A stretch of DNA of 64,000 nucleotides from Oscillatoria princeps RMCB-10 (GCA_019359235.1 JAHHHT010000036.1:24245-88244); one strand, 5' to 3'; positions 48,721 to 59,298 are shown, numbered from the stretch's first letter. A program made the numbers and translations. Notes: generated by a model not told the origin, from the letters alone.

Positions 48721-50039
48721 GCGCAGCGAAAACCGGCAAAAAGCTGCCTCACCCAAGGCTGATACCAGTTGCGGAAGCTCCCTCGCAGCGCCCTGGGGCG
48801 AGTCGCCCAGCTCCCCCCTTTGAGAACCCGGTGCTGCCGGTCAAAATACGCCTGGGAATAACCGGCATAGGGGTAGAGCTCAAACCCCTCATACCCCTCA
48901 AACCAGCTGGATGTCCACTCCCAAACATTCCCCAAAGCGTCGCACACGCCCCAAAAGCTCGCCCCCGCAGGGAAAGCACCGGCTGGCGTCGTCTGAGCGT
49001 ACAGATTGTCGTGATTGCACCGGCTGGCGTCGGGAGGCTCTTCCCCCCAGGGGTAGGTGCGCCGGCTTCCAGCACTCGCATCCCAGCAGACGGCTTTTTC
49101 CCACTCCGCCTCCGCCGGCAGTCGCTTGCCGGCAAACCGCGCAAAGGCGTCCGCTTCGTACCAGCTCACCCCGCACACGGGATGGCTGTCGAAACGCGAG
49201 TCATCCGACCAATATAAAGGCTGCCTTATCGAATTATTTTGCCGCCACTCCCAGCCCTCGCTTGACCAAAAGCTGGAATTGTGATATCCTCCCGCCGCGA
49301 TAAACTGCCGGTACTGCCCGCAAGTGACGGGATAGCGGTCAATCCAGTAGGTGTCCAAATAGTGCCGGTGAGCCGGTCGCTCGTTGTCGAGGGCGTCGGT
49401 GGAGTCGGAACCCCGCTCAAACTCGCCTGCTGGGATTTCAATCATTTCGCTAAGGGCACCGGGCACTGGGCGTGGGGCATCGGGTGCGAGAATTCTCCCC
49501 TGTTGCGAAGAAATCCCCTGCCAGCCGGCCAGCCTGCTCAGGAAAGTAACCGTTTCGCAGTGCTGGCTTTCGTGCTGGACAATAAAGCTCCAAAGGCGTT
49601 CTTGCTCCTGAACCGGCGCGATTTCCAGATAGTCCAGCACTTTTTCGCGAACCGTGTCCTGATAGTGGCGCAGCTCAGCCAGATTTGGCAGACGCACCCG
49701 TTCCGCTTTGGGCAAGCCATCCGCTGCCAACAGCCTGTGATATTCTGGAAACACCGGCGGATAGCCGGCGCTGCGCTGCAGCAACCAAAGCGCCTCCGTA
49801 TAGGCGATGTGCCCCAAATGCCAGCCGGGGGGGCTGAAGTCGGGATGGGCTTGCTGGCGGAAGGTGGCGTCATCCATGCCTTCAAACAGTTTTAGGGTGC
49901 CCGTGCGGCACTCCTGCAAGGCGTTGCGGATGGCGTCTCTAGAGTTGATAGATTTGAATGTCAAGGTTCTCTCCCACACTGATAATACTCTGTTCTGGGC
50001 AGCGGTTCCAGCTGCCGGCGAACAAAGGTTCAGAAGCAA
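48714..50039 (-). CDS. egtB: ergothioneine sulfoxide synthase (DinB_2 + FGE-sulfatase domains)
   Basis: 441 aa; N-terminal DinB-like [13 protein letters not shown]...HESQHCE iron-binding motifs and a C-terminal FGE fold ([24 protein letters not shown]). The first ~33 codons overlap the egtC 3' end. Confidence 0.9.
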   Translation of the reverse strand: MLLNLCSPAAGTAAQNRVLSVWERTLTFKSINSRDAIRNALQECRTGTLKLFEGMDDATFRQQAHPDFSPPGWHLGHIAYTEALWLLQRSAGYPPVFPEYHRLLAADGLPKAERVRLPNLAELRHYQDTVREKVLDYLEIAPVQEQERLWSFIVQHESQHCETVTFLSRLAGWQGISSQQGRILAPDAPRPVPGALSEMIEIPAGEFERGSDSTDALDNERPAHRHYLDTYWIDRYPVTCGQYRQFIAAGGYHNSSFWSSEGWEWRQNNSIRQPLYWSDDSRFDSHPVCGVSWYEADAFARFAGKRLPAEAEWEKAVCWDASAGSRRTYPWGEEPPDASRCNHDNLYAQTTPAGAFPAGASFWGVCDALGNVWEWTSSWFEGYEGFELYPYAGYSQAYFDRQHRVLKGGSWATRPRALRGSFRNWYQPWVRQLFAGFRCAR

Positions 50040-50721
50040 TTATGACGGCATTCGGGAAAGTTGGGTCATCGCGCAGCCAGTATAAAGAAGGCACCGCCGC
50101 CCGAGTGGCAAACCTGCTGGCAACCAGCTTGTGTCCGTCACTGAGGAGCAGGTTTGCTGAAACGCATGTTTGATGGTATTTTGCCAATTCTCCCAGGACT
50201 TTCAGTGTTTCTCGCAAGGCGTTTTCTAGGGTGCCGGCGGCTGTTAATTCGTCAGTCAGCAAGGCGAAAATGTGCTCCGAATCGGTAGTGCCCTCAATCC
50301 GCTGGTAGGCTGTCTCGCTGAGACGCTCGCGAATTGGCCGGTAAAGACTAAAGCGGAAGTTTTGAATGAAGCCGTTGTGAGTGCCTAATATCTTGCCGTG
50401 GCGAAAGGGCTGGCAGTTGCTCAAATCTACTGCTTGTCCGGGGGTGGCGCTGCGGACATTAGCGATCGCGCACCCTGACTCAATGTACCGGCTCAGTTGG
50501 GGAAGGTTAATATCGCTCCAGATGGGCAGGGTGTTTTTGTAGGTAAAGGGATCTGTGTCTCGCTGGGGGTGATACCAGCCTATGCCAAAGCCATCGGCGT
50601 TGAGCAAGCCGGCTGTCATTTCGCGGGGCTGGTAGCTTTGGGCGATCAGGGAGTGTTCGGGTTTGTACAGCAGATAGTCTAGCTGGATGGGCGGGCCAAG
50701 GTAGCCAAGTAAGCGGCACAT
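49939..50721 (-). CDS. egtC: class II (Ntn) glutamine amidotransferase, EgtC-like
   Basis: The mature N-terminus [11 protein letters not shown] has Cys2 as nucleophile, and the upstream in-frame 21 codons are unlikely to be translated. [10 protein letters not shown] and HNGFIQNF motifs are present. Confidence 0.8.
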   Translation of the reverse strand: MCRLLGYLGPPIQLDYLLYKPEHSLIAQSYQPREMTAGLLNADGFGIGWYHPQRDTDPFTYKNTLPIWSDINLPQLSRYIESGCAIANVRSATPGQAVDLSNCQPFRHGKILGTHNGFIQNFRFSLYRPIRERLSETAYQRIEGTTDSEHIFALLTDELTAAGTLENALRETLKVLGELAKYHQTCVSANLLLSDGHKLVASRFATRAAVPSLYWLRDDPTFPNAVIIASEPLFAGSWNRCPEQSIISVGENLDIQIYQL

Positions 50722-50962
50722 GTTTTGGGGGTTTGTTTGTGGGTTTTGTATCCGTGTTATTTGGGATTTTATTTTAACCGCCAAGACGCCTTAGACGCGC
50801 CAGCGGCTTCCCGCTTTCTTAGAGCGCCAAGGAATAAGATGTGGCTGCTTTTGTGGTGCGGTGCTAGTTTTGCTGTCTATTTCTGGAGATAGATGCCAAG
50901 TTTATAACTGTAGCAGTTATCATAGGATTAGTCAAGTAATTTCCGGTTTAGCGGAGGAAAAA

Positions 50963-51301
50963 ATGAGAAGCTTTCTCAGCCAGATTTTCCCCAAGTTTCC
51001 TAGAAGCTCAGCACAGGCGCTGACAGGAGTTGCGCTACTGTGTGTCGCCACCTCGGCAATCCCGCCCCAGCGATCGATCAACGGCTTGTATTATCCGACA
51101 AGCGCCCAATACTTTTTTAGGGAAGGACAGCAGAAGTTTGACAGGGAAATTGAAACGCTCACCCAGCGCCGGCTTTCCTCTCCCGAGCGTCTGCTTGAGA
51201 TTAATGAGGAACTGCGGAAACATAAAGATATATTGCAACTGGAACATCCCGAGCGCCCACCGGGGGGTGCCGGGAAATCTGGCTCGCAGGAATACAGGTG
51301 A
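50963..51301 (+). CDS. small secreted hypothetical protein
   Basis: A Met inside ORF 50861-51301 begins a signal peptide MRSFLSQIFPKFPRSSAQALTGVALLCVATSA, giving about 112 aa. No domain is recognised. Confidence 0.4.
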   Translation: MRSFLSQIFPKFPRSSAQALTGVALLCVATSAIPPQRSINGLYYPTSAQYFFREGQQKFDREIETLTQRRLSSPERLLEINEELRKHKDILQLEHPERPPGGAGKSGSQEYR

Positions 51302-51393
51302 GGTGTCAGGTGGTGGGGTGTTTTTTCGTAACGCCGATTGGGTGCGTTGGGAGCATCCTGAAGTTAGGTGGGTGACGCTTCGCGTCACCCACC

Positions 51394-51775
51394 CTACTTG
51401 AAACTGAAAGCTGCAGCCGCCAGACAGCCCCAGCCAATCATAAATGCGGCTCCCCCCACCGGCGCGAGCGCACCCAGCCACTTGATGCCGGTGAGGCTGA
51501 GAGCGTACAAACTACCCGAAAAAATCGCCACACCGGCAATAAAAGCAACCCCCGCCGCTACGAGGGCCGGCGGTGCCGGCGATGAGCGTGCGAGTTAACA
51601 GCAAAGCTACGGCTAGCAGGGCTAAGGCGTGGTACATTTGATAGCGAGCGCCGGTTTCAAAAATGGACAGCTCGCTAGCAGTGAGCTTTTCCTTCAAAGC
51701 GTGAGAGGCAAAAGCACCGCCAGCCACAGACAGTCCGCCGAGAATTGCCGCAATTGCCAAAAAAATCCGCATCAT
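51394..51775 (-). pseudogene. DUF423 family membrane protein with a frameshift near 51545
   Basis: MMRIFLAIAAILGGLSVAGGAFASHAL...YQMYHALALLAVALLLTRTLIAG is DUF423-like. A shifted frame continues with ALVAAGVAFIAGVAIFSGSLYALSLTGIKWLGALAPVGGAAFMIGWGCLAAAAFSFK*, the expected C-terminus. The annotated frame instead ends in ...GTAGPRSGGGCFYCRCGDFFG. Confidence 0.55.
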
Positions 51776-51837
51776 ATTGCCAATTTCCAAAGAATTGTAG
51801 GGTGCGTTACGCTTCGCGTAACGCACCCCAGAAACTG

Positions 51838-51985
51838 TCTGAAAGGGACAGGCGGGACGCCTGTCCTACGTCTCTATGGCGTAGCACAGGCGTCTCGCCT
51901 GTGCCTGGATGTCCAGCGTCTCTATGGCGTAGCACAGGCGTCTCGCCTGGGAGGTCTGGGGACAGGCGGGACGCCTGTCCTACGC
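51838..51985. repeat. four tandemly arranged GGACAGGCG/GCACAGGCG palindromic units
   Basis: gggacaggcgggacgcctgtcctacg...ggcgtagcacaggcgtctcgcctgtgcc...ggcgtagcacaggcgtctcgcctgg...ggacaggcgggacgcctgtcctacg, between the DUF423 gene and chlM. Confidence 0.8.
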
Positions 51986-51996
51986 CTGGAAAAGCT

Positions 51997-52686
51997 CTAG
52001 CGGCGAGTTGCTTCCAGAAGGCGCGAGAAATAAAAGCGAGTGCTGGTCATCGAATGCCGGCCAATGGAAAAACCATTGCTTTCCAGAATTTTGACAATAT
52101 CGGCTTCGCGATGCTGGTAGGCGCGGGTTGCTTTGCTCGGTCCGGGGAAAAACTCCCCGACTTTCTTGAGCAAACTCAGAGCAAAAGTCTTCGGCGCAAA
52201 ACTGAGAATCACGCGCGACTCCGCCATAGAGCAGAGGTGCCCGATCATCTCAGCAGCCTTATCTTGCGGGTAGTGAATCAGCACGTCCAGGCAAATCACC
52301 GTGTGGTAGCGACCGCTTAAGGTTTCCAAATCCTGCGCCATGAACGTGACATTATTATTAGCGCCCAGAACTCCCCGCGCTCTCTGGTAGGCTTCTGCAA
52401 CCATCTTTTCCGAAATATCGCTCCCGTAGACGATTGACCCCGCTTGAGCCAGGGGAATGCTCAGACTGCCAACACCGCAACCGGCGTCACACACCGACAG
52501 CCCCCGCAAATTGCCATCAGCACTCAGCCAGCTGATGACCGTATCTACCGTCCGCTGGTGTCCGGAACGGATGTCCAGCTGGACTTTATTCACCTCGCCA
52601 TCGCCATAAATCCGCCGCCAGCGCTCAAAGCCGGTGGCGTTGAAATACTCCCTGACGATGCTTTTGTCATCAACTGCGTTCATCAA
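51997..52686 (-). CDS. chlM: magnesium-protoporphyrin IX O-methyltransferase
   Basis: 229 aa; FNATGFERWRRIYG and the SAM-binding VCDAGCGVGSLSIPLA are ChlM/BchM signatures. Confidence 0.9.
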   Translation of the reverse strand: MMNAVDDKSIVREYFNATGFERWRRIYGDGEVNKVQLDIRSGHQRTVDTVISWLSADGNLRGLSVCDAGCGVGSLSIPLAQAGSIVYGSDISEKMVAEAYQRARGVLGANNNVTFMAQDLETLSGRYHTVICLDVLIHYPQDKAAEMIGHLCSMAESRVILSFAPKTFALSLLKKVGEFFPGPSKATRAYQHREADIVKILESNGFSIGRHSMTSTRFYFSRLLEATRR

Positions 52687-52934
52687 TCTGCCTGCGGTTC
52701 AACTGTTTCCAACTTTTCAACTTACCACGTCCAGTCCCCTTTCCCCTCAGACGCCGGTGAAACCCACCCGGCTTCCCCTCTTTGTTGGCGCTCCTTCACG
52801 GGGGCGGTTAGGCTAATAATGCTGCTTGTTGAAGAAAGGAGGCTCTGCCTCCAGAGCAGCGTTCCCAGCCTGAGGCTGGGAACGAGGGGACAACCGGCTT
52901 CCCCTGTTTCTTGGCGTCCTTGGCGTCTTGGCGG

Positions 52935-54116
52935 TTATAATTTCAACCTCTGCCAGCTCAACTCTCCTGTCGCCTCATCCAAATGCCAGCGCAACAAATG
53001 AGCCGGCTGCCCTGCAGCCATTGCCGGCAAGCCAATCGCGCGTCTGGGCGCTTCCGTAGCGAGCGCAATCGCACGCTCCGCCCCACAAATGCCCCACTTT
53101 ACCAGATTTTCGACCCCAGCCAGCAGAGGTAAGGCCGTGCCGGCAAGGGTTCCGTCCTCCAGCCGGCAGGTGCCGCCCCGAACCTCCATCTGCCTGGTGT
53201 CCCAAGGATAAACCCCATCCGGCAATCCCACCGGCGCTAGGGCGTCGCTGACCAGAAACACCCCTTTCTCGTAGAAACTCGCCCGCAGCAGCAAATCCAT
53301 CACGGTCGGGCAAACGTGCTCCCCATCCGCAATCAAGCCGCACCAGACATCCGGATGGACAATTGCCGCACCCAGCAATCCGGGGTGCCGGTGGTGCAGC
53401 GCCGGCATGGCATTAAAAGCGTGAGTCACCATCGACGCCCCCCGCGCAAAGGCTTCCCCGGCTCCCTCAGCTGTGGCCATAGAGTGGCCCAGACTGACCG
53501 TAATTCCCAGAGAGCGCAAATAGGAAATCGCCTCGCCGGTGGGATCTAGTTCCGGCGCTAGGGTGACGACTTTCACAATGCCGGCGTAATCTCCCAAAAC
53601 CCTCTTGACGTTTTCAACGGTAAGCGGTAAAATGTACTCCGCCGGGTGAGCGCCGCGCTTTTCAGGATTGAGAAAAGGCCCTTCCAGGTGGACGCCGAGA
53701 ATCCTGGCTGCCGGTGCGCCGGCACGCTGCGACGCGGCAAAATCAGCCAAGACAGCGAGGGCGCGGTGAATCTTCCCCACAGAAGTGGTGACAAGAGTGG
53801 GCAAAAATCCATCCACACCCTGATTCCAGAGGAACTCGCAGATTGCCGGCAGCCGGTGGCCACTGTCGGGGCCGAGGTCGGGAAAGGCCAAACCCAGCGC
53901 CCCATTAATTTGAACATCCACCCCACCGAGAGAAATCCAGTCCCCCGCAACATCCACAGCCGCAGACGGTGCGGGCTCTTCCGATTGCCCGCCGGCATTG
54001 CCAGCCGGCGCTATCGACCGAATCACCCCAAGGGCATCAATCCGAATGCGGTGCCTGCCTTCCCAACCGGGCACCCGAGCGTTGATAATATCCATCGCAG
54101 CAGCAACTAATGGCAT
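52935..54116 (-). CDS. nagA: N-acetylglucosamine-6-phosphate deacetylase
   Basis: 393 aa; [28 protein letters not shown] and HAFNAM metal-binding motifs of NagA amidohydrolases. Confidence 0.88.
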   Translation of the reverse strand: MPLVAAAMDIINARVPGWEGRHRIRIDALGVIRSIAPAGNAGGQSEEPAPSAAVDVAGDWISLGGVDVQINGALGLAFPDLGPDSGHRLPAICEFLWNQGVDGFLPTLVTTSVGKIHRALAVLADFAASQRAGAPAARILGVHLEGPFLNPEKRGAHPAEYILPLTVENVKRVLGDYAGIVKVVTLAPELDPTGEAISYLRSLGITVSLGHSMATAEGAGEAFARGASMVTHAFNAMPALHHRHPGLLGAAIVHPDVWCGLIADGEHVCPTVMDLLLRASFYEKGVFLVSDALAPVGLPDGVYPWDTRQMEVRGGTCRLEDGTLAGTALPLLAGVENLVKWGICGAERAIALATEAPRRAIGLPAMAAGQPAHLLRWHLDEATGELSWQRLKL

Positions 54117-54177
54117 AGTTAATCAAGTCAATTATTCCTTCTTGGCGCACAGGCGCGTCTTGGCGGTTCAAATCCAG

Positions 54178-54696
54178 ATGACTCAACCAGAAATCGGCAT
54201 CATCATGGGCAGCGACTCCGACTTGCCCACCATGCAGGGCGCGATCGCCATCTGCGAAGAATTCCAAATCCCTTGCGAAGTGGCGATCGTCTCCGCCCAC
54301 CGCACGCCCGAACGCATGGTGGAATACGCCCAGCAAGCCCACCTGAGGGGCATCAAAGTAATTATTGCCGGTGCTGGCGGGGCAGCCCACCTGCCCGGGA
54401 TGGTGGCTTCCCTGACGCCCCTGCCTGTGATTGGAGTGCCGGTGCCCAGCCGCCACCTCCAGGGTGTGGATTCGCTCTATTCGATTGTGCAAATGCCCGC
54501 AGGGGTGCCGGTGGCTACCGTGGCCATCGGCAGCGCCACCAATGCTGGACTTTTAGCCGTGCGGATTCTGGCGACTCATAAGCCAGACTTATTAGAGCGC
54601 GTGCGGGTGTATCAGGCTTCTTTAGCTGAATCTGTAATGCAAAAGCAAGCGCGTCTCGACAGTTTGGGGTATAAGGAATACTTATCACAGATGTGA
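54178..54696 (+). CDS. purE: N5-carboxyaminoimidazole ribonucleotide mutase
   Basis: [19 protein letters not shown]...[13 protein letters not shown]...[16 protein letters not shown] is the classical PurE sequence. The ORF-track entry starts 180 nt upstream, inside nagA, and is trimmed here to the conserved Met. Confidence 0.92.
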   Translation: MTQPEIGIIMGSDSDLPTMQGAIAICEEFQIPCEVAIVSAHRTPERMVEYAQQAHLRGIKVIIAGAGGAAHLPGMVASLTPLPVIGVPVPSRHLQGVDSLYSIVQMPAGVPVATVAIGSATNAGLLAVRILATHKPDLLERVRVYQASLAESVMQKQARLDSLGYKEYLSQM

Positions 54697-54777
54697 CTCG
54701 CATCCGTACCGGCAGCCGCTGCCGGTCGGGCGTGCGGACGGCAACTTTGTTAAAACAATTGGAAGGCGGCGGCTAAC

Positions 54778-54793
54778 TGTAGTCTGGTATACA
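54778..54793 (+). promoter_or_regulatory. NtcA-type binding motif TGTA-N8-TACA upstream of the first amt gene
   Basis: tgtagtctggtataca matches GTA-N8-TAC with the flanking T/A, about 215 nt upstream of the amt start. The downstream -10 spacing is not canonical. The perfect palindrome ttgttaaaacaa lies at 54748-54759. Confidence 0.4.
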
Positions 54794-55009
54794 GAAAGGT
54801 TATTTTATTCTTGCTGGAATCGTTGTGAATCCTAGCTGGTTGATCTATATGTAGTCTTTTGCGCAATTGCCGGGCATGGGGCATGGGGCATTGGGCATGG
54901 GATTTTCATGCTTTCGTTGCGCCCAATGGGGTGTGGGGGGCTGACTGGCAGTTTCTCAAATAGAACCGTTTGGTTGTGTTTGGAGCGTCGGGGGAAAATC
55001 ATCGAGGTT

Positions 55010-56674
55010 ATGTCTAATCTAACGCAAAAAAAGTTAAAAGGTAGAAACAAGCGGCTGTATCCCAGGTGGGGCGCTGCGACAAACCTGGCGTTCCGAACTG
55101 TCAAGCGGTTGAAAATTGCTATTGGCCGGCTTTCTCCGAGCTGGCAAGCTTGCGTACCCCTGGCGACGCTAATTTTGCTGGCTTGGGGTTGCGCAGCAGT
55201 TGCCCAGATGGAGAGCGCACCTGCTCCGCTACCGGCACCGATTCCGGAAGCTGTGCCGGCACCGGCAGCGGCAGCAGTACCGACGGTGGCAGAGCTAAAA
55301 GTAGCGCTGGACACGTTGTGGGTAACGATTGCCGCCTTCCTGGTGTTCTTTATGAACGCTGGGTTTTGCATGCTGGAAACGGGGTTGTGCCGGCAGAAAA
55401 ACGCCGTCAACGTGCTGTCAAAGAACTTAATTGTGTTCGCTCTCGCCACCGTCGCCTTCTGGGCGATTGGGTTTGGCTTGATGTTCGGAGATGGGAATGA
55501 TTTAATTGGGCTGAATGGGTTTTTTCTGACCGGCGCGGACAACAGCCCCGCCACAGGATCGGCTTACGATGGGGTTTTTGACGCGCTCAACTGGACGGGC
55601 GTGCCGCTGAGCGCCAAGTTTTTGTTCGAGCTGGTTTTTGCCGGCACTGCAGCCACAATTGTGTCTGGGGCGGTGGCGGAGCGAATTAAGTTTGTTAACT
55701 TCTTAATTTTCAGCCTTTTACTGGCGGGGATTTCCTACCCGATCACCGGTCACTGGATCTGGGGCGGTGGCTGGCTGCACAAAGCGGGATTCTACGATTT
55801 TGCCGGCTCAACTGCGGTACACTCAGTCGGTGGCTGGGCGGCTTTGATGGGAGCAGCTTTCCTGGGTCCCCGCTTGGGCAAGTATGAAGACGGGCAGTCT
55901 TTTGCCATGCCCGGGCACAACATGAGTATTGCCACTTTGGGCTGTTTGATTCTGTGGTTTGGCTGGTTTGGCTTCAATCCGGGCTCGGTAATGGCGGCCA
56001 ATCCGGGGGCGATCTCCCACATCGCTCTGACAACTAACATGTCGGGTGCGGTGGGCGGAATTGCTGCTACGATTGCATCTTGGCTGTATCTTGGCAAGCC
56101 GGATCTTTCGATGATTATCAACGGCATTTTGGCGGGGCTGGTTAGCGTCACAGGTTCCTGCGCTTACATTAAGATTGGCAGCGCTTTTGCGATTGGCTTG
56201 ATTGCCGGTATTCTGGTCGTTTTCGCCGTGACTTTCTTTGACCGGCTGAAGATTGATGACCCAGTGGGGGCTACTTCGGTTCACCTCGTCTGCGGCATCT
56301 GGGGCACTCTGGCTGTGGGTCTTTTCAGTGTTGGCCCGGGTGGGTTTCCTTGGATGTTTGACCTGGAGGGCAAGCCAATTGGTCCGCACGGTTTGTTTAT
56401 GGGGGGTGGTTTGGAAACCCTGCTCGCTCAGATTGTTGGCATTGTATCAGTGGGAGGCATGACTGTTCTGCTGAGCACTCTGTTTTGGCGGGGGCTGAAA
56501 GCGACTCTCGGTATCCGAGTTTCTCCACAGGAGGAATTCGCAGGTTTGGATATTGGGGAGCACGGGATGGAAGCTTACAGCGGGTTCGTTAAGGAAGCCG
56601 GTGCGGGCGGTTTTATTCCCGAACGCCCCAGTGGGATAGGGGGTAGCAGTGGGGGAATGGCTAAACGTCCTTAG
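55010..56674 (+). CDS. amt: ammonium transporter (Amt family)
   Basis: Amt signatures DTLWVTIAAFLVFFMNAGFCMLETG, VFAGTAATIVSGAVAERIKF, GGWAALMGAAFLGPRLGKY and an N-terminal signal-like segment. The start was chosen at MSNLTQ within ORF 54908-56674. Confidence 0.9.
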   Translation: MSNLTQKKLKGRNKRLYPRWGAATNLAFRTVKRLKIAIGRLSPSWQACVPLATLILLAWGCAAVAQMESAPAPLPAPIPEAVPAPAAAAVPTVAELKVALDTLWVTIAAFLVFFMNAGFCMLETGLCRQKNAVNVLSKNLIVFALATVAFWAIGFGLMFGDGNDLIGLNGFFLTGADNSPATGSAYDGVFDALNWTGVPLSAKFLFELVFAGTAATIVSGAVAERIKFVNFLIFSLLLAGISYPITGHWIWGGGWLHKAGFYDFAGSTAVHSVGGWAALMGAAFLGPRLGKYEDGQSFAMPGHNMSIATLGCLILWFGWFGFNPGSVMAANPGAISHIALTTNMSGAVGGIAATIASWLYLGKPDLSMIINGILAGLVSVTGSCAYIKIGSAFAIGLIAGILVVFAVTFFDRLKIDDPVGATSVHLVCGIWGTLAVGLFSVGPGGFPWMFDLEGKPIGPHGLFMGGGLETLLAQIVGIVSVGGMTVLLSTLFWRGLKATLGIRVSPQEEFAGLDIGEHGMEAYSGFVKEAGAGGFIPERPSGIGGSSGGMAKRP

Positions 56675-56971
56675 GCGTTGGGAAGGAAAGGGGGAGAGGG
56701 GGAGAGAAAAAATGTTGACGCGAGATTTATACCGGTCTGCTGTAGGGGCGGGTTCACCCGACATATTTGTGGCATTGCCAAGGGTATTAATAAACCCGCC
56801 CCCGCCCCACCCCTAATAAATACCACATAGGGCCGCAATTATATGAGGGGTGAGCGAAAGTTTTTCAGGTGATTTGCAAGGATTTGCAGTGAATTGTTCG
56901 AGCTGCATCTCAAGATGATAAATTGCTGTAATGGCATTCATTGATTTGTTGAAATCAGAGGGCAAAATTAA

Positions 56972-58660
56972 GTGCTGAAGAAAGTTCTGATTGCCGGGAT
57001 AGTATCGCTGTGTCTGCTGAGTGGCCTGCTGATGGGCAGGGTGGTGGCTCAAGACGAGTCCCCTTCCCCAGCTCCTTCTCCTGAACTGAGCGCACCGGCA
57101 GAGGTTGCTCCCGAGGGGGCTGCGCCGGCAGAGGGTGCTGGGCAACCGGCTGCGCCGATAGAGGTTTCTCCGCAACCGGCTGCGCCGATAGAGGTTTCTC
57201 CGCAGCCGGTTGCGCCACCGGCAGAGATGTCTCCGCAACCTGTCGCGCCGGCAACGGGTGTGTCTCCGCAACCGGTGGCTCCCGCACCGGTGTCTCCGGA
57301 ACCTTTCGTTGCACCGGCAACAGGGGAAGATACGGCTGCAGCGGCTGCGGTTTCTGCGATTGACACCGGCGATACCGCCTGGATGCTGATCTCGTCAGCG
57401 CTGGTGCTGCTGATGACTCCGGGGCTGGCATTCTTCTACGGGGGATTGGTGCGATCGCGCAACGTCCTCAACACGATGATGATGAGTTTGATTTTGATGG
57501 CGGTTGTCGGCGTCATCTGGGTGCTGTGGGGCTACAGTCTGGCTTTTGCGCCGGTTTCAGTAACGCCGCCTGCGGCTCCGGGAGAACCGGCGACCTTCGA
57601 TGCCAATCCGATTATTGGCAGCTTGAACTGGATGTTTTTGAACGGCGTCGCTTTTGACCAGCCCGATCCGGTGGGCTACGCCCCAACGATTCCCCACGAG
57701 GTGTTTATGGTTTACCAGATGATGTTCGCCATCATCACACCGGCGCTGATCTCTGGGGCGATCGTGGAGCGGATGAGCTTTAAGGCGTATTTCTGGTTCA
57801 TCCTGATTTGGGCGACGTTTATCTACGCCCCCCTGGCGCACTGGGTTTGGGGCAAGGGCTGGATTCAGACGATGGGAGCGCTGGACTTTGCCGGCGGCAC
57901 GGTTGTCCACATCAGTGCTGGGATTTCGGCTGTGGTAGCGGCTTGGATGATTGGCCCGCGCAAGACGTTCATGGTGCAGCCGGCGGCTCCCCACAATGTG
58001 CCCTATGTGTTGCTGGGGATTGGCGTGCTCTGGTTTGGCTGGATGGGCTTCAATGCCGGCAGCGCTTTGGGCGCGGGCTCTGTGGCGGCGGTGGCGTTTG
58101 TGGCCACAACGGTGTCTCCAGCGGCAGGGGGTCTGACTTGGGTGATTTTGGAGTGGGTGCTCCGGGGCAAACCAACAGCGATTGGCATTGCTAGCGGCTT
58201 CCTCGCCGGTTTGGGAAGCGTTACCGCCGCAGCGGGATTCGTGACTCCCATCGGGGCGCTCCTGATCGGATCGATCAGCTCTGTGTGCTGTTTCTTTGCG
58301 GTGAGCTGGCGAGCCAAACTGCAGTTTGACGATTCGCTGGACACCTTCCCCGTCCACGGCGTCGGCGGTACGGTGGGGATGCTTCTCACCGGCATCTTTG
58401 CCACGAAAGAGGTCAACGCGTTGGGGAATAATGGTTTGCTGTTCGGCAACTCGTCGCTATTGCGATCTCAAATCGTCGCTGTGGTTGCTACCTACATTTT
58501 TGCAGGGGCGGGCACGTTTATTATCCTGAAAGCCCTCGGAGCGATTATGGACCTGCGTGTGAAGCCGGAATCGGAAGACCAGGGTTTGGATATCAACGAG
58601 CACGGCGAAGAGGGTTACGGCGAGGAGTTCGCTTCTGGGCTGAGTTTTCCTGGGAAGTAG
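56972..58660 (+). CDS. amt: ammonium transporter with signal peptide and Pro/Ala-rich repeat linker
   Basis: 562 aa; GTG start; [62 protein letters not shown]. The linker has [10 protein letters not shown] repeats. Confidence 0.93.
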   Translation: MLKKVLIAGIVSLCLLSGLLMGRVVAQDESPSPAPSPELSAPAEVAPEGAAPAEGAGQPAAPIEVSPQPAAPIEVSPQPVAPPAEMSPQPVAPATGVSPQPVAPAPVSPEPFVAPATGEDTAAAAAVSAIDTGDTAWMLISSALVLLMTPGLAFFYGGLVRSRNVLNTMMMSLILMAVVGVIWVLWGYSLAFAPVSVTPPAAPGEPATFDANPIIGSLNWMFLNGVAFDQPDPVGYAPTIPHEVFMVYQMMFAIITPALISGAIVERMSFKAYFWFILIWATFIYAPLAHWVWGKGWIQTMGALDFAGGTVVHISAGISAVVAAWMIGPRKTFMVQPAAPHNVPYVLLGIGVLWFGWMGFNAGSALGAGSVAAVAFVATTVSPAAGGLTWVILEWVLRGKPTAIGIASGFLAGLGSVTAAAGFVTPIGALLIGSISSVCCFFAVSWRAKLQFDDSLDTFPVHGVGGTVGMLLTGIFATKEVNALGNNGLLFGNSSLLRSQIVAVVATYIFAGAGTFIILKALGAIMDLRVKPESEDQGLDINEHGEEGYGEEFASGLSFPGK

Positions 58661-58736
58661 GGGTAGCTTGCCGGTTCGAGGGAGGGAGAGTCCCGGCACC
58701 CCAACTCCCTCCCCGCTTTTCGGCTGCCGTTTACAA

Positions 58737-58913
58737 GCAACTCTCGGCATCCGCGTTTCGCAACAGGAGGAATTTGCCGGTTTGGATATTGGCGAACACG
58801 GGATGGAAGCTTACAGCGGGTTCGCTCTGTTGCCGGTGCAGGCGGTTTTATTCCCGAGCGCCCCAGTGGGATGGGGGCGGGCAGTGGGGGAATGCCTAAA
58901 CGTCCTTAGACGT
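58737..58913 (+). pseudogene. duplicated 3'-end fragment of the first amt gene
   Basis: 58737-58825 reads ctcggcatccgcgtttcgcaacaggaggaatttgccggtttggatattggcgaacacgggatggaagcttacagcgggttcg, which encodes ...[27 protein letters not shown]. It matches 56497-56590 of amt1, then diverges with an indel. Confidence 0.6.
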
Positions 58914-59298
58914 TCGCTTCGCAGAGGGGAAGAGAAAAAATGCTCGCCCGATATCTGCCGGTGTGCTGCCTGGGTTCCCCCAACCTATTGGTGCAGCACC
59001 GGCAAGGGGATTAATAAACCCGCCCGCGTGCCGGCAGCATGGGGCCAAGGTGAGTGGGGGCCGGCTCACCGGACATATTTGTCGCATAGCGAAGGAGATT
59101 AACAAACCCGCCGCCGCCCCCGCATGAGCGCAAACCGCCTGGAAGAGTATCACCTATTGCTGCAATTTTATCAGCGTTGAGCGAAAGTTTTTAACGGGAT
59201 TGGCGAGGATTTGCAGTGAATTGTTCAAGCTTCATCTCAAGATGATAAATTTTTCTAATGGCATTCATTGATAGTTTCAAATCAGAGGGCAACAAGAC

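Noticed and set aside
54140-54175. tRNA-like T-loop sequence GGCGGTTCAAATCC
   Set aside because: It is part of a CTTGGCG heptamer array. No acceptor-stem or anticodon-arm pairing is present in the flanking 70 nt.
53998-54177. N-terminal 60 codons of the purE ORF-track entry
   Set aside because: They overlap the nagA 5' end on the opposite strand and precede the conserved PurE start [15 protein letters not shown]. The gene is trimmed to 54178.
54832-55554. 240-aa minus-strand ORF
   Set aside because: It overlaps the amt1 promoter and N-terminal coding region in antisense, with low-complexity Ala/Gly/Ser runs.
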